Of a stretch of DNA of 64,000 nt, positions 1-12,392 are shown one piece after another (the stretch's first letter is position 1; each line of letters begins with the position of its first letter). This DNA comes from Azolla caroliniana (Eukaryota > Plantae > Polypodiophyta). The position numbers were made by a program, and so were the translations under genes. Location: contig JBHGNT010000015.1 in NCBI GenBank assembly GCA_043228905.1, positions 16,430,001 through 16,494,000 on the forward strand. Direction: 5' to 3'. The notes beneath the pieces are model-generated. The model did not search any database and was not told the DNA's origin. It was given only the letters and a program-made list of their open reading frames with translations.

Positions 1-1041
1 CAACCAGCACTTCTCCAAGGCAGACCTTGCTTGAACTCTTTCTTTCCTGCAATACCATTCACATCTCAGGCAGACATTCTACTTTCTTTCTGATCTGAAT
101 CAGTTGACATCACTAAAAGGTTCCCAAATACATGCAAACTGTACGAATGTATGTGCATCTCAAGCAAGAATCTTCATACCATTTAAGATAGTTTGCTGCA
201 CAACATGAAGTGGAAGGTTTTCATAATACATACAACGACTATTGACCACATCACACAATATAGCAGATATTATCTGCATATACCAGTGATTGCTTTTTTT
301 GTTCTTCTACTCAATTTGGGCCTTTATAAAGCATTTAGAGCCATCACCTTAGTTCCTCGTCTGCTCTGAGCCAGTTTTCCTTTTCCAAAGCTTGCCGTTT
401 TTCTGCATTTACGAAATATGACACTTAACTGCATGACAATGTTGACATTTTTGTGTTTCTTTCTAACAATTCTAGTCTATTTCGAACCACAATGAAGTGG
501 AAATTTTAATTCAAGAAATATAACGGAGAATATACAATATGCAGAGCTCCGTTCACTTTAAAGGAAAAACCTAAGGTCCAATATGTTGCAACATTATAAG
601 CAAAGATGTGTCATTGTAAGTTTGATATATACCCTCTTCCTCGGCCAGAATTTTTTCTAGATGTTTTTTCTTTTCCTTCGCCTTTACTTGTTCTTCTAGC
701 TTGTCCACATCAATCTTCAAAACATGGAGCAAAGAACACAAGAATGCACAATGTGACATTTACTTTGCAACAAGAACTAGCTGATCGACTAGCCAGTCTT
801 CAACTTGAGTTTAATCTTTACAAATGACAAAAGTGTTATTTAATAATCATTGCTACATGAACGCCATCACGTAAGATTGTCATTAGGTTCTTACAGCGAT
901 TGCTGCATTCGGGGCAAAGATTCGTGATTTTCTGGCATCATCATCAAATCGCCTGACCCTCGAGAAGTCTTGTCCTCCAATAATTTCATCTTTGGGTTTT
1001 TTCCCTGGAGCAATCATTTTGATGTATGGATCTGCAAGATG
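1..1041 (-). CDS. RIB43A: RIB43A/RIBC-like ciliary protofilament-ribbon coiled-coil protein (partial; first exon not located, 3' part runs off the window)
   Basis: Four GT-AG-bounded exons with compatible phases (895-1041, 633-714, 348-402, 1-46) splice to ...DDDARKSRIFAPNAAIAIDVDKLEEQVKAKEKKKHLEKILAEEEEKRQALEKENWLRADEELRKERVQARSALEKCWL. The R-x-x-RIF...I-[GA]-[IV]D-xxx-L-xx-QV pattern matches the RIB43A N-terminus as I recall it. The gene is well supported; the family name is from motif recall. Confidence 0.65.
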
Positions 1042-1517
1042 CTATAAGAGAAATATGATATTACATAGTACAGCCAAAAGGGGACAGAATTAGAGATGGA
1101 AATTATGAGTACATGCACAATAGCCTGAAAGAAGTTTATGAATTCAAAGAATTGACTAATGAAGCTAGAACATCTTGGCCTGTGATGTACTGTTCATGTT
1201 TCTTCCTAATGACCAAGCATGAAGTCCTACTATGAGCATAAGTTTACTTTGTCTCGAAGGATCTCTCTGAAATTTCCAAAAGTTTCACACACACATTATG
1301 ATGAGCTAATGCATCTAGTCTTCTTAGAAGGACGAGATTAATATATCATCAAGAACCTCTTAGCAAGCAAGCTAAGGAGCAAGAATAATTAACAAAGCTC
1401 TTTAATTTGGATATGTCTACTACAATGTTTTCTTTCTTGATCATCGAGGAGAGTCAGTGATCCACTCCACGTGAAGATGTTCACTTTGGGTGTCATCCAT
1501 CAATCATATTTGAATTC

Positions 1518-1702
1518 CTAAGATGATAATCGAATCAATCAATCAATTGATTCATCTATTTACCTGATATGACCTTTGAGGATGATGAGAAATCTACCAC
1601 ATATCTATATGTCTATCTATTACGAACTCAATTACTAAGATGATAATCGAATCAATCGATTGATTCATCAAATTTATCTGATATGACCTATGAGGATGAT
1701 GA
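1518..1702. repeat. Imperfect direct duplication of ~70 bp (period ~117 bp)
   Basis: ctaagatgataatcgaatcaatc...tgatatgacct[ta]tgaggatgatga occurs at ~1518 and ~1635. Confidence 0.6.
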
Positions 1703-1962
1703 CTACGAACGCTGAGGACGATATATATATAACGGAATATGTGTATCAGATATGATGTGGATGAGCATCGTACAACAACAAAAAACCACATAACATCCCT
1801 GGGGAGGGCAAATTTGAGTAATTCGCCAGCGATAGAAGGTCGAACCAAACCAATGGAGGGCTTGTGAAATCCTCAACAGGCCAACCAAGAAACGAACCAA
1901 AGCATGAAAATATAGTGGTAGCAAGGAGGCATGGAAGAGGATATGAAATCCTCATCAAGCCT

Positions 1963-2006
<44 letters not shown>

Positions 2007-2149
2007 TACCTTGATCCTTTCCTTGTCTTTCTGTTGTGGCGATTGTTGTTGAGTTGTTTGGAGGGCGAGGGAGACAGGCCGTTTACCGTTGAGTCTGTGA
2101 AAGGGTAAGACGAAGAAGAAGAAGAAGAAGAAGAAAAAGGCGTAGGGTA

Positions 2150-5100
2150 TAGACACACACACACATGAGAGAAAGAAAGATATACTAACGTCTTCTACGG
2201 CCAAATTTGGCCCATGAGACAATCTTTTACGGCCAAATTTGGCCCATGAGACAATTGGTTTACAACAAAATGAGTATTTACCCGGTCATCATAACTAAAC
2301 TAAAATAAAGTAAATATAGAACTTAAGCTAAAAGAGTTCTAGTAGTGTACAATACGTGGTATATTGGTATACTCGATAAAGGAAGTGACTTTACACTAAT
2401 CCTAATTTTATTTCCACCCAAGCCTCTCGAAAAGAAGTCGGGGGTCAAAGGGTTTTGATGTGGGTGTGACCCGTGGTTCCAATGTAGAGAGTGCCCTAGC
2501 CATGGCTTCTAGGCGGTGTAGCTCATGTTCCCTTATTTTCATTATTGCTTCCACACCACGTCGACTTGCTTTGAAACCTCGGCACCCGAGGACGTCTGGT
2601 TCTTCTTTGGTTTTCTGCCTCATCAAGGGAAAGGCCGAGTGGTGCAAGTGTGTCGACATTTGTTGGCTCCCCCTGTTCCTGAAAAACTTCATTTGTTACA
2701 TGTTGGTGAACATTAGCAACATTATTGTCAACATTTTGTAACTTATTCTCTCTGTGTTGTTTTAGCTCTAGAATGTATTTGCCTAATTTCTTTATATCTA
2801 GAGTATCTAATAGTTTGGGGAGGGTGGGAGAGGAACCAAGTATGTCCTGGTATTTTGCCCTTTATCTCAGTGTAGATTGGGCACTTGCATGTAAAGTGAT
2901 ACTCATCCTCTATCTCTATGTGACATAACCTACATATCCTTTCCTCCCTAGGGACTCCATTAGTACGGCCATTCTAAATCTCAAGTTGGTGAGATGATAT
3001 TCTAAGTTGTCCAATGACAACCCTTAGTGCATGTGGTAAGAATACATCTAGATATTTTGGCCGCATGATAAAACCTAACTCAGAGAAGTGCATGAAGTGT
3101 TCCTTATAGTACAACATTTTAGATGGGAGTGGCTCTCGTGGGGTGATCCATTTATACCGAGTGTAAATTTGCCATATGTCTTGGCGTATTACTTTATTGC
3201 GGTCCTCATGAGAGATTAAAGTGTTATCAATCGTGTGGTTGTACCTAAGGGGAGTTAGGTTATTAATGTCTAGACCATTCACAAGAAGCCAACTCACCAT
3301 CATGCCATACCATGAGCTAGTATAGCCGAACTCATTCAATGATCGAGAGGCCTTAAAGGCTTGATGAGATATTCTATCATGTGGTTGGCTATGTATCCTA
3401 TGAAGAAAGACTACAAGTTGGAAAAGTTCCTCTACTAACATTGGGGGTAACGTGAACTCAGCCCTAATAATGTCATGTGGTACTGTCGATTTGCTTCGGA
3501 GTTGGTGTGATAACATCATCACCAATGGTCTCTCTAATTGCGTCCACATGAAAGATGGTAATCCTAGAGCCCAAACCGTTGATGCATACATGATGGAGGG
3601 GATCACTAATGAGTCAAAGAGCCACCCTTTAGTTCGTGGCTCTTAAAAGTATGCTTGGTGGCATTGTCTCTCTAGGAGTGAGAGGGATGCATGTCCTCTT
3701 GTAAGTCTATCCTTCGTTGCCTGTGTCATGGAGAATTTACCTGAGCGAGCACTAAAAGTGACTCCGAGATAGATGTATGATCCAACCACCTCAATTGGGC
3801 TTTGGGAGATAGTTAGGTGACACTTAGCTCTAACTTGGGCCGATGTGTGGAAGATAAGGACTTTAGTTTTCCCTAGATTCACTACCAATCCTCGTTGTGC
3901 ACAAAAGTCATCTAAGGCATTAAGGTGCCTTTGTGGGTCGTGTTCGGATTCAGAGAGCAAAACTATGTCATCCGCATAGAGCAAGATACAAACCTGCATA
4001 TCCCCAAGGACTACTCCATTGCCTCCCTTACGAGCAATAAAATCTGTGATCTCATCAATGTAGATCCCAAAAGGTGTCGGTGATAGGGGGCAACCTTGTT
4101 TTACACCAATAGTGCTAGTGAAACAATTGGATAGGCCACCTGGGCATTGGACACACCCGGACACTTGTTCATATAGTGCGTAGATGGCCCAAACCATGTC
4201 ATCTGGTATCCTCAAGCTTTTAAGCCTATCAAACAACCGCTCTCTAGGGACTGTGTCAAAGGCCTTGCGGAAGTCCACAAAACAACAATATAATTTCTTC
4301 TTGTGAGCCTTAGTTTGGTCAATTAAGCATCTAAGTGTGAAGATATGATCAATGGTGGAGAAGGCTCGTCTAAAGCCAGCTTGTTCAGGTGCACGAAGAT
4401 TTAGGGTCTCCATATAATCACTAAGCTCTGCTTCCATTACTGCACCATATAATTTAGCAAGGGTATGACCTATCATAATGGTCCTATATGTATTTAGGTC
4501 CATGGGGTCCCCCTCTTTATGTATGGGGGCCATTGTGTTCATAGTCCACTGTGGTGGAAAACCCTCCGCAAGGGCACGATTGAAGATTAGAGTTAGCAAG
4601 GGAGCTAGGCACTCTCTCGCATATATAATGTGTTCTGCTCGCAATCCTGTGTGGTCCATGGCATTGGAATGGGTGGTTGGTTTGGGATTTGGTAAAGTCT
4701 CTCTGTATATGTGTGCCAGGTTTCGGGATCCTCGATGGGTGTTTGTGGTCTTGGCTCTCGTAGTCTCTTCCATGCCGTGGCGCAATCGCTACTCATGAAC
4801 ATATGGTAGAGTTCCCAATATTGGGATGCCTCCCATGCCCATCTCTTACGACGTGTCATCTTGCGCATTTCTTAGTGAGCTTGTATTGAGGTAATACTAC
4901 CATTGAGTTGTGATATTGTAAGTTGTCTATGTAAGTCCCTACAATCCTCATCATACCATTTATTTTGTGGCATAGATCCTGATCTATCTTGATTTGAGTG
5001 TTTTGTATATGGGAAACTACTAGTCGCTACGGAGTGAGTTTCGTACTAAGGCTTTCTAAAGGTAGGGAGGGATCAAGGGAGGAGAGATGGGCCTGAACAT

Positions 5101-5400
5101 GTTGAGAGTATATGTCAGAGAGCTCATGCGTGAAATGTATTGTGGTGTGATGATGTGGTTGACTAGAGTTGGTGACCTTAGAGATATCACATTTTAGCTC
5201 AAAGTATAAGAAACTATGGTCTGCGCCAATAGGGCATGGGGCCACCCGGAAGGAGTTAATCATGTGGGTAGCTTCAAGGCGTCCTATTAGATAATCAACT
5301 ATGCTTTCCCCTCCTCCATGTGGGAAACATGTGAGCTCTTCCGAGCCAGCCACTTGGCTAAACCATTATATATGACCATCCGGTGCCGACTGCCAAGTTC
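2150..5400 (-). mobile_element. 5'-truncated, degraded non-LTR retrotransposon (RTE/RTEX-like LINE)
   Basis: Endonuclease tail (SIVDYLI...ADHSFL, 5027-5353), RT ORF 3643-4785, and a C-terminal QLRISSHQLEI..GR..PREERICRLC..EDEYHFTCKC Zn-finger-like region at ~2870-3010. Several stops and frameshifts. Ends approximate. Confidence 0.85.
3643..4785 (-). pseudogene. LINE reverse transcriptase domain (fragment of disrupted ORF2)
   Basis: Motifs EQAGFR..STIDHIFTL, FVDFRKAFDTV, GVKQGCPLSP, LLYADD, YIYLG. Confidence 0.88.
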
Positions 5401-5419
5401 GAGCAGATGATGGCCAAAC

Positions 5420-5650
5420 ACATACCATACGCATGCGTATGTTATCACAACATTCTTATCTTCTTCTTCTTATTATTTTTTACACTTTTTACCTTAACTT
5501 TCTTACTTTAAAAAAAAATACTTATAAATTATAATAAATAATGAATACAAAAGTATGGTATTTACCATACTTCGAGGGTGTTTTACCATACTCAAATGAT
5601 TGGTAACATTCTTGAATGCAAATGCATGTATGGTTCACACGTAACACTAT
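5420..5650 (-). mobile_element. Degenerate MITE, same family as 37925-38189
   Basis: Its reverse complement aligns by eye to 37925-38100 (gaaccatac..cattc..gagtatgg..ccctcgaa.tatggtaaata.catact..gtattcattatttattata..taagaaagttaag). Confidence 0.65.
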
Positions 5651-8221
5651 ACACATGTGAGAGAGATAGAGATTGAAGTATGTGTGGTCTTCACAGAACC
5701 GCAAACATTAACATTTTTCATCTTCAGAGAGAGAGAGAGAGAGAGAGAGAGGCGGGCGCTGTCGAAGTTCAGGAGCTTGTAGTAATGGTGTGTCGCAATC
5801 GAGAGGAGTGCACACTTGTGAAGTGTTGAGAGAGATCCCATGGAGAGGATTGGGTTTGGTCAAGAGACGTGTGGAAAGCATATAGTTTTGGATGTGATCG
5901 AGGGGAAGTCTAGCATTTGTATCAAAGTGTGCCAAGACTCCTGATTCCTTGTTTCGGGTAGAGTGTGCATAGTCACTCGTGCCCCAATGCCATGTCTCCC
6001 ATCATAGTGGGTGTGAGCCAAGTTGCATAGAAGCAATGGTCCGGATAGTAGACAACATCCACAGAGAGAGTAGGAGAGGAGGTGGGGGGGTGGGTAAGCT
6101 AATTACAAGAGAGACAAAGAGAGTTGTTGTTACTTGTACGCCTCGAGCTTGGAAGATCAGTTTCATTAAATTAGTTCTGAAGCTAGCATCACCCAAACCA
6201 TTCCACAAATGATTGTTTCTTTGATAGAGTGTATAAGGTATTTACAAAGGCCTCAACAAACAGATTCTATGAAAGTTTGAGTGCTAATGTGGTAGTTTTG
6301 TTTAAGGTTCAATAACCCTCGACAATGATCAACTTGAGAGTGGTAAATATATAAATGCAATAGTTCTGTTATTGGTTAGGGTTAGCAACATATTAAGGAA
6401 CTTTAGTTTGATAAACTAAGGTTGTTCAAACATGCATGCCATTGAGTTGTATTTATATTTGCTTGCTTCAAAGCATATGATCATATAGCTTTGTTCTATC
6501 AGGTTGTATTTGAATCCCTTTGTTATAATTGTGTGTATCAACAATTTGCTTAATGTAATCATTATGTTGTTGTTGATTAATGTAATCTATTTCCATGCAA
6601 TAGCTAGCAATTATATGTACAATCTACAGATATACATACATGTGACAATATACATATAAACGTGTGTACACATACCAACAATATACATAGAAATACATGT
6701 ATAGATAGTACATTAACATTTGAATCCATGTCATAGATGGTGCCAAGGAGTTTGGCATAGTAACGTGACCATGTGGTTTATTGCCACACAAAACAACACC
6801 TAAATATACATACATTGAAGAAACATTATAGAAGCATGCTCATTTACTTTCGCAACTACCGAAATAACCCAAGTCAAAGTTGAGGCTCGTAGACATAAAA
6901 TGTAAGCCAAGAGCAAACTTGTGAGCAAATGACATAAGATACATTGGAGTGTACAACTTATTTTACAAGCCTCCTTAATTTAAGGTATAGATTGAGATTA
7001 CTTTTAGGTATGATCATTATGATTATCCTTATTTTCAGTTATGATCATTATGATTATCCTTAAACACGAGTACAAATTTAGATAATCTGAAAGTATAATT
7101 ATGATGATAATCCATGAATTGGGGCATTCATTTAAATAATCCCCCAAGTACAATTCTTATTCGGATTATGCTAGCATGTACCTTGGATATATCTTGTGCC
7201 TTCCATTTTGGGATTAATCTCCACTTTTATTTGATTGGGAGCTTCAATTTCAACTAAGACATTTTGGCAATAAAAAAATCAGTGAACATACTATTACAAA
7301 TTTCCATAACATGTACACAGATTTAGGTAATCTACCCGACTAGACAAGCATCGAGACCAAAAAAATATGGTAGGGAAAATTACCTACCTAACACAACTTT
7401 TACCCTGTAAAACCTTGCCCATCATGTACTACATTACCACGTCTACTTAGTTACTATTTGGTAATCTTCACAACGATTAGCAATCATCTAGAACATTGAC
7501 CTTTGATATTGGCCAAGCACTACATATAGCAGAGAGTAGGACTGGCTTTATGTATATACCTATTCAAGCTACACAAAGCAAATGTGAAAACTAGTTTTGA
7601 GGGTTATCATATGCAATGATTTTGACTTCTTGATTTATGTCGTTGCTAGCATTTAAATGTCAAAACTAGTTTTGAGGGTTATTGTATGCAATGATCTTCA
7701 CTTCTTGATTTATCTTGTTTCTAGCATGTTGTTGTACACTAGCATGCTCTGTTTGACACAGACTTGGGACATTTGATTTAAACTTTCCCCGAACCCTTTG
7801 GTGCAATAAACACTGCTTGCAGAATAACAATCAATTCTGCGCCATAATCTCGTAAAGTTGATAACCTCAGTTTATGAAACACCTGGTTCAATTTCAAATA
7901 TGATTTACAATTATATGTTTATGCTCGCATTCTGATGAATCATAGGTGAGGCTGCCTACGGATACAGAAATTTATCGTGATATTGTATATGAACACTTCT
8001 GATACTAACAGCAAAGCATCAGAAACTCTGAACAACTTCAAGCATTTCATGCCCAATGCAGGATAACAATCACACTAAATACAATGCAAATGGAGAGTAG
8101 CAGGTAAAGTGGAGTACAGGATAATCAGTATGAATTTGCCAGACCTAGCTTCTGCAACTGTAGGACCAAGTATTTTTTTTAACTCCCCTTTATGACTGGC
8201 TCCCCTTTTTTCATCGTTTGC

Positions 8222-11200
8222 TTACAAGGCCATTTCTGCTTGTAGTGCTGCGAGTTCTTCCTCTTCCTCAGTGGGTTTCGGCTTTTGAGGAGTTCTAATA
8301 GGAACTGAAGGTAATGTTGGAGCACTTGTTGCTGGCTGAAGTAATTGCTCTTCAAGCTCTGCTTCCTCCAACTCTTCCAGCTCAGCCTCCAATTCATCCT
8401 ACAAAACACAACCATACTTGTTACAAATTGGGAAAAACTTGAAGTAGACATACAAGAAGATGTTTGTGACATACTAGTACCTCATCAAAGTCGGCCGCTG
8501 CACCTATAGGTGCTGACAAAGCTTCCTGAATTTGCTTCATGTTCTCTGTTTGTTCATTTATCTCGTCCATTGTTTTGTCAACATCATCGATATTCCTGGT
8601 CAAGCAATCATCATTCAATACTATTAGCTTACCCATTTGGAAATGCCTTCAAAGTAATGCCTAGAAAACATACGTCAACTTGTGCATGTTCTTCATAGCT
8701 TGTGCTCCAGTTCTCAAAGCATCGACTGTCTCAGTTGTGGCTTTTGCTCCCTCTAGCAAAATCATCTGAAAAATAATTTCAAATGATGCCTTTTAACATA
8801 CATGCCTTGAGGGTAAAATTACTCAGCAAGAACAAGTATATAAGAAACCTGATCATGTATACGCAGTTGAAAATTTCCAAGCTGCTCCACTTGAACCTCG
8901 TAAAGTTTTTTCCTCTTCAAACATTGGATCGCAGCTGCAAGATAGATATTTACATTCATTCCACATTCATGTTTACAATTTCTTAAGAATGATACCATTC
9001 AAATTTCATATAGACATACCTTTCTTGTTTTTTGCTTTTGTAAAAGCTTTCGCTTTTTCGACTTCCATAGAAATTTTCTTTTGTAAGACCATCTCCTTTT
9101 TTTCTAGCATCTCGAGCGTCTAGAGAAGGAAAAACATACGATAGTCAATTTAGCTTTTCAAACAAACACCTTCACAACCAGATCAGGCCTTCCAATTAAC
9201 AGGTTGAATCTTTGATATTTTTAGCATATTTCAGACGGCATCCACACAATACCTATATAACTTCCATATAACCAATTGAAGAGTTTGAGTTTATGTATAT
9301 AAAAGTAAGTTAATTAAATCTCCAAGAGAAAAAAAGAAGCAAACAGACAATAAAGATCACAAAGTTAAAAGCTGGAGTGTCCATCTCAGACAATTTCTAC
9401 TGGCCAATTTCAAACATTTTCAGAAATTGGAAAAGCAGACATCTTGAGAAATGGAATCAAACACAAAACTTTTTATTACTGATAAAATATGGGATACATT
9501 ATATAGGCTTTAGAGGGCTGTTTAAATGCAGTAGAAGATGTCTTTATATCTCCATTGGTGACCCTCAAGCATTATGAAAACTCTTACATAAAAGAGGAAC
9601 AAATTTGAGTGGTTGTATTTTTACTATAGATTCCCCTAAAACTCTTCCTTTACACTTGCCGTTTGCTTGCAAGAGGATTTTGTCTAAGATTCTTTGATTA
9701 CTTGTCATGGTTGACTGCAATAGTGACATGTGGCTCTCATACCTGGAGACTATCCTTAATCCTCTTTTCTAATACTTCAATTGTCAATACAGATCCTCTC
9801 ATACTTCATGTAGATGTTTGGACTCATATTTGGAGAATGAGCTATTTAATACCTGATGTAGTTGCTTGGAAATTTCTCTAGTGCTACATAATGATAAATC
9901 TCTTTAAGGTAATGTGAGTTACAAATAGTTTCTTGAACTTTTCACACCATAAATGTTAAACCTCTTTAAGAAAGTGCACGGAAGTGCTAGCTTTAGATAT
10001 TTACGAATAAAGGCTATTATTATGTCACCATCAGGTGTTATTTTTGTCCTCTTAACATATTCTTATTTGATCAATAACAGTTTACTTTTTTATTTGTATT
10101 GCATGTCTCAAAATAGAGAAGGATTCCTTTCACAGCCAGTATGAACTAGCTGAGAAAAAATAGTCCTCAAGACCAACGGAGCTATTGCAGGCAAACCCAG
10201 GTACTGGAAGGCAGTCTTCCATCTGGAATTAGGTTCTGCTGTATTTTCAATCGTATGGGGCAGCGAATGTATTTGATCAATGATATCTGGCAGTGCCAAT
10301 CCTATGTACAAAATTATTGCTAGGAAAACAGGTTTTCAATGGTCTTTTCAAGACATTGGAGGTCCAATAGGACACTTTGGAATATTTAATTACCTCAACC
10401 ACATGTAGACCATATGATGGGGACTTCGGAATGAGAAGTAGTGGAGATATATCTAAAAGCACCTATTTATGACAGATTGACAGCTGAAGGAAAGGGAAAG
10501 AATTACAAACTAGTTCATACTAGCTAGGAAGTTCATGCATAGGTACAAATATCTATTTTTCTCTTATTCTATCTGTGTAGGCACGTATATGTGTGTATGT
10601 GTATGTACACATAAACACATGGAGCTGTGTGCAAATCCAAACATACACATATATAAATGAATTACATATATGCCTAATACATACAAGTTATTCTCATGTG
10701 ATTTAAACATCTAATCACAAATTCAATTTTATATAAGAGAATAAAACTAATGCCTGAATAAACATCGTATATAGAAAAATAAGTCCCCTAAATATACATA
10801 TTGGGAAGTTTTCCAACCCGCCATAAACTAATATGGTTTCATTGAATAAAAATAGCATATGTGGATCAATAAATTTGCTTAATCTCGTTCAATGTACTCA
10901 ACCAGTAGAAATTGATGAAGATGCCAAATGCATGACTATTCCCTGTGTCTATTTCATCACCAAATTAGGTTTATTAATTTTTACACTAACTGGAGAGTAA
11001 CAGATCTTATGCAACTCGAAAAACAAAATGCAAACACGTATCATCCTTATTAATCAACAGATTCTAAGTGAATCAGGCACCTACAAATGGAACATGGGAG
11101 CGTACATACTTGAGAAGCATCTCGGTACTCAGAAGTATTAACATAAAACTTAGTTGTGCTCAGGGAGGCTGCAACACATTAGAATTGAGGTCAATCTGGA

Positions 11201-11658
11201 AGAAAGTACTCAGCAGACCTCCCTTTCATTCTTGATCGATTCATAAGATCCAAACACATAATAAGTTAACAGAATACCAGAACATAGCAACATATAATAC
11301 TGTCATGAACCAACAGGGGCCGTGATCTTCTCCAAGGAGGGCCAAGTTGGGGGCCCTAGGGTTTTATAGAGAGCCACATCTTGTGTTGTACATAAGGATA
11401 TGGGTATATGTATGTATGCAAACATTTGTAGGATGTCAATCTACTGTTAATCCAAAGCCAAGGAGAAAGGGAAGCTTTTTGGGAGGAGGTCTGATCTGCA
11501 CGACCGCCATGAAAGCGAGAGGAGCGCGAACAAAGGGATTAAACCAGAACAACAGAAATAGGGGGAAGAGGGGGAGAGTAAAGAACCTCGCTGAGCTTTT
11601 CGAGAGTGGCGAGAGTCGTCGGCTCCTGCTTGGGCTTCCCGAAGAGCCGTGAGAACAT
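8222..11658 (-). CDS. VPS32: ESCRT-III subunit VPS32/SNF7 (CHMP4 homologue), 6 exons
   Basis: Exons 11587-11658, 9020-9119, 8849-8934, 8674-8765, 8481-8595, 8222-8398 are all GT-AG with matching phases. They give MFSRLFGKPKQEPTTLATLEKLSETLEMLEKKE...AAIQCLKRKKLYEVQVEQLGNFQLRIHDQMILLEGAKATTETVDALRTGA...ALSAPIGAAADFDEDELEAELEELE...QAEMAL*. Confidence 0.97.
9520..10460 (-). mobile_element. Highly decayed L1-like LINE fragment in VPS32 intron 1
   Basis: Contains the FQYLGLP motif typical of the L1 RT thumb; the surrounding frame is broken. Boundaries uncertain. Confidence 0.35.
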
Positions 11659-12199
11659 CTTCAGATCCTTTTGGGGGGGATGAAAAGATTTGTTCGGGGG
11701 GGGGGGTTTCGGTCGGGATTTAGCGCAGAGTCTCGTCTGATCTGATGAAGCAGAGGCAGAGACAGAGACAGAGACAGAGAAACAGGGGAGAAACAGAGAG
11801 AAGCCTTTTCTTTTATGTATGTATATACTTTTTATTGTGTGTTTGTTGAGAAGAAGAAGAAGAAGAAGAAGAAGAAGAAGAGAAAGAGCATACTTCCTTC
11901 CTTTCCTTTCCTTCTTAGATCATAATCTTCTTTTTCTTCTTCTTCTTCTTCTTCTTTAAACATTAGAAAAAAATTTGTAGCTAGTAGTAGTAGTAGTAGA
12001 CTAGTAGTAGTCTCTTGGACCCGATCGATCGGCCGATACGTACGTTGTCAAGTTTCGTACGTGTTATGTCCACCCTTGGGCACCGCCCACCCCCCCGCCT
12101 GCCTGCCCATTCTAGCCTCCTCGCCCCATATGTGTGTGGGTTTCTTTCGAAAAATTCCATGGGTCTCTCTGCCTTGAAGCGCCTCTGTTTATCGCTCAT

Positions 12200-12392
12200 T
12201 GATCCATGGAAACTCGGTATGTGCCCTCGCCTCATATCCCCAGGAATGCACACAGGGTTTATGCATCCATGGAAACCCGGCCATGTGCCCTCGCCTCGTC
12301 GTATCCGCAAGAATGGACTTGGTTTATGCATCCATGGGAACTCGGCATATGCCCTCGCCTCATATCCCAAATCATCCACATGGTTTATGCTT
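12200..12392. repeat. ~64-bp tandem repeat, 3 copies, upstream of VPS32
   Basis: atccatgg[ag]aac[tc]cgg[tc][ac]..gtgccctcgcctc.t.t.. units start at ~12202, ~12266 and ~12330. Confidence 0.8.

Noticed and set aside
1746-2222. 158-aa and overlapping ORFs
   Set aside because: They are artefacts of (CT)n, (CA)n and (TTC)n microsatellites with no protein motif. The same applies to similar ORFs at about 27.4, 37.4, 46.2, 48.0 and 50.7 kb.
5700-6212. Coding-like minus-strand segment between the MITE and VPS32
   Set aside because: Stops in all frames and no motif I can recognise; could be a gene or TE relic but is unsupported.
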